From positions 12,109-76,108 of the forward strand of contig MFOT01000014.1 of assembly GCA_001782475.1 (NCBI GenBank): a stretch of DNA of 64,000 bases, in the 5' to 3' direction. The DNA is from Candidatus Levybacteria bacterium RIFCSPLOWO2_01_FULL_38_21 (GTDB lineage Bacteria > Patescibacteriota > Microgenomatia > Levybacterales > UBA12049). The notes beneath the pieces are model-generated. The model saw only the letters and a program-made list of their open reading frames with translations. It searched no databases and was not told where the DNA came from. The first letter of the stretch is position 1. Every line of letters starts with the position of its first letter. Positions 11,788 to 19,646 of this stretch are shown in pieces. A program made the position numbers and the translations under genes.

Positions 11788-12612
11788 TTAAGATATAATT
11801 TCTTGAAGTACTGATTTTCTTGCTTTCTTTTCAAAAAAATCATCAAGAAATGTCAGTTGAATTTTTCTTTTATACTTTATATTGAGTGCTTTTTCTATTA
11901 GATAATCGGCAAACTGTGGGTTTTTTGGCAAGATTGGTCCGTGAAGATATGTTCCAAAAGTATTTTTAAATATCGCACCTTCTGTTTTATCGATGCCATT
12001 ATTCCCAAATCCTTTTAAGACTTGCCCAAAGGGCTTTACGTCCTTTCCAAGATACGTTCTTCCTCCATGATTTTCAAAGCCAACTATAATATGTTTTTCT
12101 TCGATCTTTCTATCTCCGACCTCGTAGGTCGTGGGCGTGAGACCTACGAGGTCAACTTCAACAACTATATTCCCAATCAGTCTTTCACTTTTTTCTCCGG
12201 GGTGTTCTGTATGTAGGTCTAGAATACCAAGTCCTGGGATTACATTACCATCTGCTTCTTTGTAGTATTTGCCTAAAAATTGATATGCGCCGCATATATA
12301 AAGTCCAGTGGTGCCAGCCTCTATTTTCTCTTTAAGTAATTTTATTTTATCTTTTGAAAGGTCGTTTGAGACAATTTTTTGTTGCTTGTCTTGTGCGCCT
12401 CCCATGAAAAAAAAATCACAATTTTTAAGTTCCTGCACGGAAAACCCCACGCTTAGTCTTTTTACTTTGGTATTTATACTTCTTAAAAAGCATCTTTTTT
12501 GAATAACAATTATATTTCCGCGATCACCATATGTACTCATTAAATCCGGGTATAGCCATCCAATGGTAAGGGAATATTGATGATTGACGATTGATGATTG
12601 ACGATTTTTCAT
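11788..12612 (-). CDS. gatD: Lipid II isoglutaminyl synthase glutaminase subunit (CobB/CobQ-like GATase)
   Basis: 274 aa; LYPDLMSTYGDRGNIIV matches the GatD N-terminus, and GLYICGAYQFLG carries the catalytic Cys. It overlaps murT in a 4-nt ATGA junction. Confidence 0.75.
   Translation of the reverse strand: MKNRQSSIVNHQYSLTIGWLYPDLMSTYGDRGNIIVIQKRCFLRSINTKVKRLSVGFSVQELKNCDFFFMGGAQDKQQKIVSNDLSKDKIKLLKEKIEAGTTGLYICGAYQFLGKYYKEADGNVIPGLGILDLHTEHPGEKSERLIGNIVVEVDLVGLTPTTYEVGDRKIEEKHIIVGFENHGGRTYLGKDVKPFGQVLKGFGNNGIDKTEGAIFKNTFGTYLHGPILPKNPQFADYLIEKALNIKYKRKIQLTFLDDFFEKKARKSVLQEIIS
12577..12604. repeat. 14-bp tandem duplication (TTGATGATTGACGA)x2 at the 5' end of gatD
   Basis: Direct reading. 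It encodes the N-terminal extension NRQSSIVNHQ upstream of the conserved GatD start region. Confidence 0.85.
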
Positions 12613-13898
12613 AAAATTGATTTCCCTGTTAAGATTTTTCTAAGATCCAGCATTGCCGAATATGTAGGAAGAACATATAGCACTTCTTTTCTGTTAATTT
12701 TTTTTAAACCGAATTTTAGTGCTTCTTTATAGTTTTCAAAGACACTTAATTTTTGATGCGAATTCTTAAAAGAATATTTCAATCTTACTGCCATATCGTA
12801 AGTTCTGTCTCCAGATACAAAAATATTTTTAAAACTGTCAATAAAGCGTTCAAAGTCCACATCCCATATCCAAGAAACGTCTCTTCCATCTGGTATTTTA
12901 TTATTTAAAGCGATCAGAATATTTTTTCCTTTAAGTCCTTTAACGGTCATAAGAGACTGATTAAAGCTAACCGGATTTTTAGATAAAAATATCTGAAGCG
13001 TTTTGCCATTTATGTATATTTTCTCCTGTCTTCCGAAAGCGGGCTTAAATTTCTTAAGAACTCTTGTAATAAAATATTGATTAATTCCCAAGCTTTTTGA
13101 TACTAAAACTGCCGCGTTTGTGTTGTAGCGGTTATAAAGACCTGGCAGGGGATACGATACTAATTTTTCAAGATTAGGAATAGGTCTTTTATTATCGCAG
13201 CTTTCACACATCCAATCTCCAAGATGAGAAAATGCAACCCTTTTATATAAGAGTTTTGAACCGCAATTGGGACAGTAGGTAGAATCTGAAGCATGTTCTA
13301 ATTCTGTTTTCCTCATTTCATCTACGCCAAAGTAAAGGACTTTTGCTTTCGATTTTTTACCAAGAGAGGCAATTTGCGGATCATCCGAGTTTAAAACAAG
13401 AGTGGTTTTAGCCTTAAGTTTGCCAAAAGCCTTCCTCCATTTGTCCAAGATAATATTTACTTCTCCGTATCGGTCGAGCTGATCTCTAAATAAATTCAAA
13501 CAGATAATAAAATCAGAAGAGAAAAATTTAAGCAGGGTAGGCAAAGTATTTTCATCAACTTCATAAATCGCGTATTGAAAATTTAAATTTCCAAAAAAAG
13601 TCGAATTTTTTATTATTGATGAGGCAACCCCGTTTATAAGATTTGCGCCTGCTTCGTTGTGGAAAACTTTATTATTATTAGTCTCAAGTATTTCTTTAAT
13701 CAGCTTACCCGTAGTTGTTTTGCCGTTGGTACCTGCAACAAGAATAATTTTAAATTTTCTTTTTGTGAGAGTGTCTTTTAAAAAATTCTTATTAATGCTA
13801 AGAGCTATGTGGCCTGGCCAAGTAGAGCCTGATCCTAGATTTAGAAAACTGCTTAAAAAAACAAATATTTTGCCAAAAAGTATCAGAAAGAGATTCAT
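12609..13898 (-). CDS. murT: Lipid II isoglutaminyl synthase ligase subunit (Mur ligase family plus C-terminal DUF1727)
   Basis: 429 aa; P-loop VAGTNGKTTTGKLI and a Cys4 ribbon (CPNCGSKL...CESCD), characteristic of MurT. It is immediately upstream of and translationally coupled to gatD. Confidence 0.75.
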   Translation of the reverse strand: MNLFLILFGKIFVFLSSFLNLGSGSTWPGHIALSINKNFLKDTLTKRKFKIILVAGTNGKTTTGKLIKEILETNNNKVFHNEAGANLINGVASSIIKNSTFFGNLNFQYAIYEVDENTLPTLLKFFSSDFIICLNLFRDQLDRYGEVNIILDKWRKAFGKLKAKTTLVLNSDDPQIASLGKKSKAKVLYFGVDEMRKTELEHASDSTYCPNCGSKLLYKRVAFSHLGDWMCESCDNKRPIPNLEKLVSYPLPGLYNRYNTNAAVLVSKSLGINQYFITRVLKKFKPAFGRQEKIYINGKTLQIFLSKNPVSFNQSLMTVKGLKGKNILIALNNKIPDGRDVSWIWDVDFERFIDSFKNIFVSGDRTYDMAVRLKYSFKNSHQKLSVFENYKEALKFGLKKINRKEVLYVLPTYSAMLDLRKILTGKSIL

Positions 13899-13926
13899 AG
13901 AATGATTATACCGATTTCGAACAAAA

Positions 13927-14826
13927 TCACATTAAGCGAAGGATTTTTATCCTCTCTTCAATCGGCGGGTGGGTGTTGAAGAGGTTGGCAAACCAACTAC
14001 CTGATATTTTTCCTTTAAAAGGATTGGCTATATATAAATGAGCCGTTGCATTGTTTGCAACCTCGAGTGGCTCTTTGTCTTTGCTTATTTTCTCAAGAGC
14101 GGTAGCTAGTCCTTCCGGATATCGGGTTAAAAGAGCTCCTGATGCATCTGCAAGAAATTCTCGTTTTCGGGATACAGCAAGCTGAATAAGGGTTGCAATA
14201 ATAGGAGATAGAATTGCAAGGACAATCCCGATCAACAAAAAAATTCCCTGAGCATCGCCTCTACCCCTCTCGTTTCTTCTTGATTCTCCATACCAAAGGC
14301 TCCTCATGAAAAAATCAGCCAAAAGCGCTACGAGTCCTACTAAAATTACAACAATAGCCATAAGCCTTATGTCGAAATTTCTAATATGCGACAATTCATG
14401 CGCAATAACTCCTTCAAGCTCTATTTTGTTTAATTTTTGTAAAATCCCTGTAGTTGCACATACAACCGCGTGTTTTGGATCGCGTCCAGTTGCAAATGCG
14501 TTAGGAGCTGAATCATCAATAATATATACTTTTGGCATTGGTATGCCTGCGCCAATACAGAGATTTTCAACAATTCTAAAAAGTTCAGGATTATCGTTTT
14601 TTTTAATTTGCTTTGCCTTTGACATTCCAAGAATTATTTTATCGGAATAATAATAGCTTGCAAAACTCATTACTCCTGAGGTTATAAGAGCCATTCCCGC
14701 AAACGATAAGCCATAACCTGAGGCATTGCCATAAACATAAAGCAATGTTGTTATAAAAATAACAAACAAGGCAATAATCAGCCAAGTTTTTAACTTGTTC
14801 GAGCTAATTTGAGAGTAGATGTTCAT
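13927..14826 (-). CDS. htpX: M48-family zinc metalloprotease HtpX homologue
   Basis: 299 aa; N-terminal TM helices and the HEXXH motif (IAHELSHIRN). It is paired with LemA upstream, a frequent arrangement. Confidence 0.8.
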   Translation of the reverse strand: MNIYSQISSNKLKTWLIIALFVIFITTLLYVYGNASGYGLSFAGMALITSGVMSFASYYYSDKIILGMSKAKQIKKNDNPELFRIVENLCIGAGIPMPKVYIIDDSAPNAFATGRDPKHAVVCATTGILQKLNKIELEGVIAHELSHIRNFDIRLMAIVVILVGLVALLADFFMRSLWYGESRRNERGRGDAQGIFLLIGIVLAILSPIIATLIQLAVSRKREFLADASGALLTRYPEGLATALEKISKDKEPLEVANNATAHLYIANPFKGKISGSWFANLFNTHPPIEERIKILRLM

Positions 14827-14863
14827 ATCTGGGATCCTTCGCTTTGCTCAGGATGGCATTTTT

Positions 14864-15418
14864 TCAGAATGTCACCTTTACCGATTTTCTTTCTCCTTCT
14901 TCTGTCTCGAAGAATTCCTCTTCTTTAAAACCTAATCCACGACCAATAGGGCCACTAGGAAATTTAGCAAGAGTTGCGTTGTAGTCTCTAACATTTGTGT
15001 TATAAAATTGCCTAGCATAAGCAATTTTTGCTTCAATGCCAGAAAGCTCTTCTTGCAGTTTTAAAAAATTTTGAGAAGCTTTAAGATCGGGATAATTTTC
15101 CGATACCGCGAATAAGCTTTTAAGAGCGCCAGATAAAATATTGTCTGATTGGGCTTTCTCATGCGGAGAAGTTGCCTTCATAAGCGATGTACGTGCTTCT
15201 GTTACTTTTTCAAGTAATTCTTTTTCGTGCTTTGCGTATCCTTTGACTGTTTCGACTAGATTTGGAACTAAATCAACACGTCTTTTAAGCTGAACATCAA
15301 TGCCAGAAAAAGCTTCTTTTATTCGAACTTTTCCAGTTGCAAGGCTGTTGTACGTAGACCAAATAAATAAAACTACGGCAACTACAAATCCTACTATAAT
15401 TATCGTGGTTATGTCCAT
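14864..15418 (-). CDS. lemA: LemA family protein
   Basis: 184 aa; one N-terminal TM helix, then the LemA domain (YNSLATGKVRIKEAFSGIDVQLKRRVDLVPNLVETVKGYAKHEKELLEKVTEAR). Confidence 0.85.
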   Translation of the reverse strand: MDITTIIIVGFVVAVVLFIWSTYNSLATGKVRIKEAFSGIDVQLKRRVDLVPNLVETVKGYAKHEKELLEKVTEARTSLMKATSPHEKAQSDNILSGALKSLFAVSENYPDLKASQNFLKLQEELSGIEAKIAYARQFYNTNVRDYNATLAKFPSGPIGRGLGFKEEEFFETEEGERKSVKVTF

Positions 15419-17191
15419 TTATAACTCACCTCCTTTTAGCCATTTCATAAAATGATTATACCCTAATGTATTTAATATGTCATTTTTCCCAGCCCACCCA
15501 CGCCTTGCCATTGCTACACCGTATCTCATGAGATTCATCTCCGCGGTTGAATGACTGTCTGTATTAATTACCAACCTTACACCGTTTTGGATAGCTTGTC
15601 GAATTAAATCATCTGGCAAATCAAGGCGAGCAGGCCAGCTGTTAATTTCCAAAGCTTTATTAAATTTTTTACAAAAAGCAAAAACTTCATTCCAGTTGAG
15701 TTCATACCCCGGTCTTTCATTAAGCATTCTGCCTGTAGGATGGGCAAGTATTTTTGCTTTTTTATGAGATAATCCTTTTAATATTCTTTTTGTCATTGTG
15801 TGTTTGTTCATATTAAATAAACTGTGAATTGAGACTATTGCGCCATCCAAAAGATCCAGACATTTATTATCGATTGCTAGGCTTCCATTGGGTAAGATGT
15901 CAACTTCGAGTAATTTAAATATACGAACATTATTAATGTTCGAATTTATTTGTTCAATATTCTTATTTCTTTTTGATATTATCGCGTATACCTCACTTGA
16001 TTCATGCTTTGATATACTTGGGTTGTGTTCGGAAAATCCAATATATTCGTAACCAAGTTCTTTTGCCTTAGTCATCATTTCTTGTATAGAATTTTTACCA
16101 AGGTCGTGACTAGGCTCAATTGGGAAACTTGAGTGAATATGCAAGTCTCCCTTGATGTCTTCAAGCTCTATTAATTTAGGCAACTTATGGGAAACTGCAA
16201 GCTCAATTTCTCCGGTATTTTCTCTAATTTCAGGAGGAATCCATTCCATTCCAAGAAAATTATAAAATTTCCTTTCGGTATCAAACTTTTGAAGCTTTTT
16301 TATTCTTCCCACTTTAATGCCATATTCGGAAAGAGACAATCCTTTTTTGATCGCATATTCGCGAAGAGCTATGTTATGGCTCTTACTGCCTGTAAAATGT
16401 TGAAGTAAAGATCCAAAAGCTTCAGGAGGTTGGACCATAAGATCGATTTGCCTCCCTCCTGAAACAAGCATGGAGGCTGTGATATCACCCTTTTCTATCA
16501 CTCTTTCTTTATGAGGGTAAGAAATAAAATGAGAAATAACAGACTGCGGGTTATTTGAGGAAACTGCAATATCTATATCACCAACAGTTGCCATTTTCCT
16601 TCTTAAGCTTCCAAGCGGTTCGGCTGTTATAACAAATTTTGATTTTTTAAGATAATCGACGATCTTTTCAGCAATTTCCTGAGCGTAGGGAAGCACCATT
16701 CTGGTTGTTTTTCCCTTACCCTCTCTAAATTCCGAAATCGCTCTTAAAATATCACCTTGGGATTTTTGTCCAAAACCGTCAAGGAAGGCAATTTTGCCCT
16801 GTTTTGCCGCTTTCTCAAGCTCATAAATTGCAGTTTCGGGATTATCTAATTTGAATTCTTTAACAAGTTTATATGCTCTTTTGGGCCCAAAACCCGGAAT
16901 TTCCAAAAGAGGAAATACCGAAGCTGGTATTCCTTTTAGCGCCCACTTAAAATGCTTTACCTCACCCTTCTTGAATAGCTCTATGAGGTGAGATCTTATG
17001 GTATTTCCGATCCCAGGCAGAGTATCGAGCTTATTTTCATAATAAAAATCCTTAATTTCGGAAGTTAAATTTGCGATTGTATCAGATGCTTTTTGATAAG
17101 CAATAATTTGAAAGCGGAATTTTTTTTCGTTCTTAATCGTATAAGCTGCTGCAATATTTCTTAAAAGTTTTGAAACCTGTTCGTTAGTCAT
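15419..17191 (-). CDS. polX: Family X DNA polymerase with C-terminal PHP domain
   Basis: 590 aa; N-terminal helix-hairpin-helix Pol-beta-like region (LPGIGNTIRSHL, GFGPKRAYKL, GDIDI), and a C-terminal PHP phosphoesterase (DLHIHSSFP...SEHNP...DSHS). Confidence 0.85.
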   Translation of the reverse strand: MTNEQVSKLLRNIAAAYTIKNEKKFRFQIIAYQKASDTIANLTSEIKDFYYENKLDTLPGIGNTIRSHLIELFKKGEVKHFKWALKGIPASVFPLLEIPGFGPKRAYKLVKEFKLDNPETAIYELEKAAKQGKIAFLDGFGQKSQGDILRAISEFREGKGKTTRMVLPYAQEIAEKIVDYLKKSKFVITAEPLGSLRRKMATVGDIDIAVSSNNPQSVISHFISYPHKERVIEKGDITASMLVSGGRQIDLMVQPPEAFGSLLQHFTGSKSHNIALREYAIKKGLSLSEYGIKVGRIKKLQKFDTERKFYNFLGMEWIPPEIRENTGEIELAVSHKLPKLIELEDIKGDLHIHSSFPIEPSHDLGKNSIQEMMTKAKELGYEYIGFSEHNPSISKHESSEVYAIISKRNKNIEQINSNINNVRIFKLLEVDILPNGSLAIDNKCLDLLDGAIVSIHSLFNMNKHTMTKRILKGLSHKKAKILAHPTGRMLNERPGYELNWNEVFAFCKKFNKALEINSWPARLDLPDDLIRQAIQNGVRLVINTDSHSTAEMNLMRYGVAMARRGWAGKNDILNTLGYNHFMKWLKGGEL

Positions 17192-17201
17192 TTAAGAAAT
17201 G

Positions 17202-17240
17202 ATATCAAAGCATTGATATTTCGACAAGGCTCAATATCAA
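17202..17240. promoter_or_regulatory. Palindromic ATATCAA/TTGATAT motif cluster in the divergent polX / tRNA-Asp intergenic region
   Basis: gATATCAAagcaTTGATAT forms a perfect 7-bp inverted repeat with a 4-nt spacer, and a third ATATCAA copy lies 14 nt downstream. It is directly upstream of the polX start at 17191. A candidate sigma70 promoter for tRNA-Asp (TTGACT, 17 nt spacer, TAGGAT) follows at about 17262-17290. Confidence 0.35.
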
Positions 17241-17300
17241 TCCTGAGTTACATCGAAGGATTGACTATAATTCAATTATTTGTTAGGATACTTGAGGCTT

Positions 17301-17375
17301 GGGGTGGTAGCTCAGTTTGGCTAGAGCGCTTCCCTGTCACGGAAGAGGTCGCGGGTTCGAGTCCCGTTCACCCCG
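17301..17375 (+). tRNA. tRNA-Asp (anticodon GUC)
   Basis: Hand-folded cloverleaf: acceptor GGGGTGG/TCACCCC, D arm GCTC-AGTTTGGCTA-GAGC, anticodon arm CTTCC-CTGTCAC-GGAAG, T arm GCGGG-TTCGAGT-CCCGT. CCA is not encoded. Confidence 0.85.
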
Positions 17376-17429
17376 CAAAAAATGTAATTCCTGCCAAGCC
17401 TCTAAAACTTCTGCTCAGAAAGGAGGTAT

Positions 17430-18035
17430 ATGCCAAAACAAGGTAGAAAAAAAACAAAAGAGGGTAGTAAAAATAATTTCTTTTTTAAAATTAAATGGAG
17501 TGAATCGTATGTCAGTCTTTTGTTGGGGCTTGTAGTAATTGTTGCTGTTGCAGCTTTGGGAATAATTTTTGTAAAATCGCAAAGAACTACAGAGACGAGT
17601 TCAACGCAGCTTAATCCTTCTATTCAGATTCAAGAAGAAAAAAACGCAAATAAGGATAGCAATCAAAAGACATACACAATAAAACAGGGAGACAATCTTT
17701 GGACAATATCGGAAAATTTCTACAAATCTGGGTATAATTGGGTAGATATTGCAAAAGTAAACAATCTGGAAAATCCGGGAATGATTTTCGCAAGAAATAA
17801 ACTCGTGATCCCAAAAGTAGAACCAAAAATTATTACTGTTATCACTTCGGAAAAACAAGAGATAGGCAAATCCATTGCCGGAAATTTCTATACTATCGAG
17901 AAAGGCGACAATCTTTGGGATATAGCAGTAAGAGCTTACGGAGACGGATTTTCATGGACAAGGATTGCAAAGGCAAACAGCTTAGACAATCCCGATTTAA
18001 TATTCTCAGGAAATGTTTTAAAAATCCCGCGGTAG
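17430..18035 (+). CDS. Membrane-anchored protein with two LysM peptidoglycan-binding repeats
   Basis: 201 aa; a strong Shine-Dalgarno sequence (AGGAGGT) precedes the ATG. It has an N-terminal TM helix and two LysM repeats (YTIKQGDNLWTISENFY...IPK and YTIEKGDNLWDIAVRAY...IPR). Confidence 0.8.
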   Translation: MPKQGRKKTKEGSKNNFFFKIKWSESYVSLLLGLVVIVAVAALGIIFVKSQRTTETSSTQLNPSIQIQEEKNANKDSNQKTYTIKQGDNLWTISENFYKSGYNWVDIAKVNNLENPGMIFARNKLVIPKVEPKIITVITSEKQEIGKSIAGNFYTIEKGDNLWDIAVRAYGDGFSWTRIAKANSLDNPDLIFSGNVLKIPR

Positions 18036-18054
18036 TTTGATATAATAAACTTGC

Positions 18055-18126
18055 GCGGTGGTAGTTCAGTGGTAGAATGTCTCCTTCCCAAGGAGAAGGT
18101 CGCCGGTTCGAATCCGGTCCACCGCT
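18055..18126 (+). tRNA. tRNA-Gly (anticodon CCC)
   Basis: Acceptor GCGGTGG/CCACCGC, anticodon arm TCTCC-TTCCCAA-GGAGA, T arm GCCGG-TTCGAAT-CCGGT. CCA is not encoded. Confidence 0.8.
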
Positions 18127-18167
18127 CAAAGGAAGCAACGGAACGTCTATTATTTCCCGCTCAAACA

Positions 18168-18782
18168 ATGAAAGAAAAATTTGTTAAACCAGATGATCCA
18201 GTTCTTGTAAAGATAGCTCAAGGGATTAAACCAGAGGAAGTTGAATCTCCAGAAACAGCTGCAATAATTGAATGCGTGATTGATGTCGTTTACGGTAAGC
18301 AGGCAGACAGAAATAAACCTCTTTTGGTTGGGTTAGCTGCTCCCCAAATAGGTATTTCTAGAAGAATTGTTCTAATCGATGTTGCTGCTAGAGGAAAAGG
18401 TAATATTGGTGACTTAAGAGTCTACATAAACCCGGAGATTGTTTGGAAGTCAGAGCAAGAAAGTGAATGGTATGAGGGATGTTATCCTACAAGTAGAGTC
18501 TGTGGAATTGTTTCAAGACCTACAAGAATAAGAATATTAGGACTAACTCAGGAAGGGAAGTCAATTGAAGAAGAACACGAAGGATATACTGCCAGGATAT
18601 TTCAACATGAAATAGATCACTTAAATGGCATAGAATTTGTTTCCCATATTACCGATGATGATAAATTACATTGGGTAGAGGAGGAAGAATTTCCAGAATA
18701 TAGAAACAATGAGGGTTGGAGAAAGTGGTCTAAAAAATGTCCTCGCGAGAAGTGGGAAAAGATTAAAGGTATCCAACAATAA
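18168..18782 (+). CDS. def: Peptide deformylase
   Basis: Motif 1 GLAAPQIG, motif 2 EGCYP (the metal-ligand Cys is kept, but it diverges from EGCLS), motif 3 HEIDHLNG. The track ORF begins at 18051 and would run through tRNA-Gly, so I place the start at the internal ATG at 18168 (MKEKFVKPDD...). Confidence 0.85.
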   Translation: MKEKFVKPDDPVLVKIAQGIKPEEVESPETAAIIECVIDVVYGKQADRNKPLLVGLAAPQIGISRRIVLIDVAARGKGNIGDLRVYINPEIVWKSEQESEWYEGCYPTSRVCGIVSRPTRIRILGLTQEGKSIEEEHEGYTARIFQHEIDHLNGIEFVSHITDDDKLHWVEEEEFPEYRNNEGWRKWSKKCPREKWEKIKGIQQ

Positions 18783-18860
18783 CCAGAATCCTTCTCTCTG
18801 AACGATTTGATAAATTCAAAAGCCTCTGGTCAAAAGCCGTAAACGCAATGTTAAATGTTC

Positions 18861-18894
18861 CCAATTGACGGGGTTTCTGTGATTTGATAACAGA
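18861..18894 (+). repeat. Direct repeat copy 1 (CCCAATTGACGGGGTTTCTGTGATTTGATAACAG)
   Basis: About 28 of 32 positions match copy 2 at 19607-19640, in the same orientation. Together they flank the NYN-domain gene. Confidence 0.8.
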
Positions 18895-19007
18895 TTTTAG
18901 TTGCAAGGATTCCAAAACTTTTAATACTAACAATTGTCAATGTTCTTACTTGACTGTATGCAATATATGTGTTATTGTGTAATTAATCATTAGGGAGAAA
19001 ACGAACC

Positions 19008-19562
19008 TTAGACTACGTGTCTATGAGCAACGCCTCCCATTTTTTTTGGTTTAAATTCAAGCTTATTTTTATCGTAAATAATAAAAGTCTTATATTTTTG
19101 AAACGGTTTCAATAAAGACGACTCGGATTTAACATTTGGGATAACTATTATTAATAATTTTCCTTTCCCAACTAAGAATTCGTGCAGGCAGTAAAAATCT
19201 CCATCTCCCGATACTATTACCGCTTTATCATAATTTTTGTATTCAACAGCAGCTGAATATAATACTAATTCTGCATCTACATTTCCTTTTGGCTTACCCT
19301 GATTGTCTTTAACCGTAGGCTTAAAAACTAGATCATAGCCATATGATCTTAGTTTTTTGTACATTCTTTCATTTTGCTTAATATAACCGATAAAAAGAAA
19401 AGCTTTTTTTACCCTAAACTTGTCAGATAAATATTTTCTAAATTTTTTAAAATCCAACCTCCATCCTCTGTATATTAACTTCTTATTGCGATAAAGATTC
19501 TTACTAGTACCTAAATTCAAATTTTGACTATCAACAAAGGCATAAACTACTTCTTTTTTCAT
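19008..19562 (-). CDS. NYN-domain (LabA/DUF88-like, PIN-fold) putative RNase
   Basis: The core VVYAFVDSQNL...NVDAELV...VIVSGDGDF matches the NYN/LabA acidic-residue pattern. The track ORF extends to 19613; the likely start is the internal MKKEVVY at about 19562. Confidence 0.65.
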   Translation of the reverse strand: MKKEVVYAFVDSQNLNLGTSKNLYRNKKLIYRGWRLDFKKFRKYLSDKFRVKKAFLFIGYIKQNERMYKKLRSYGYDLVFKPTVKDNQGKPKGNVDAELVLYSAAVEYKNYDKAVIVSGDGDFYCLHEFLVGKGKLLIIVIPNVKSESSLLKPFQKYKTFIIYDKNKLEFKPKKMGGVAHRHVV

Positions 19563-19606
19563 CACAAATCTATAATAACACAAAAGCTTGCTATCGAGTT
19601 GGAAAT

Positions 19607-19640
19607 TCCCCATTGACGGGGTTTTTCTGATTTGATAAGA
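19607..19640 (+). promoter_or_regulatory. Direct repeat copy 2; sigma70-like promoter for pyrG
   Basis: CCCCATTGACGGGGTTTTTCTGATTTGATAAGAT contains TTGACG, a 17-nt spacer and TAAGAT, ending about 7 nt before the pyrG GTG start. Confidence 0.45.
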
Positions 19641-19646
19641 TAAATC

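Noticed and set aside
18051-18167. N-terminal extension of the def ORF (MRGGSSVVECLLPKEKVAGSNPVHRS...)
   Set aside because: This stretch is the translation of tRNA-Gly (18055-18126). def begins at the internal ATG at 18168, which restores the normal PDF N-terminus.
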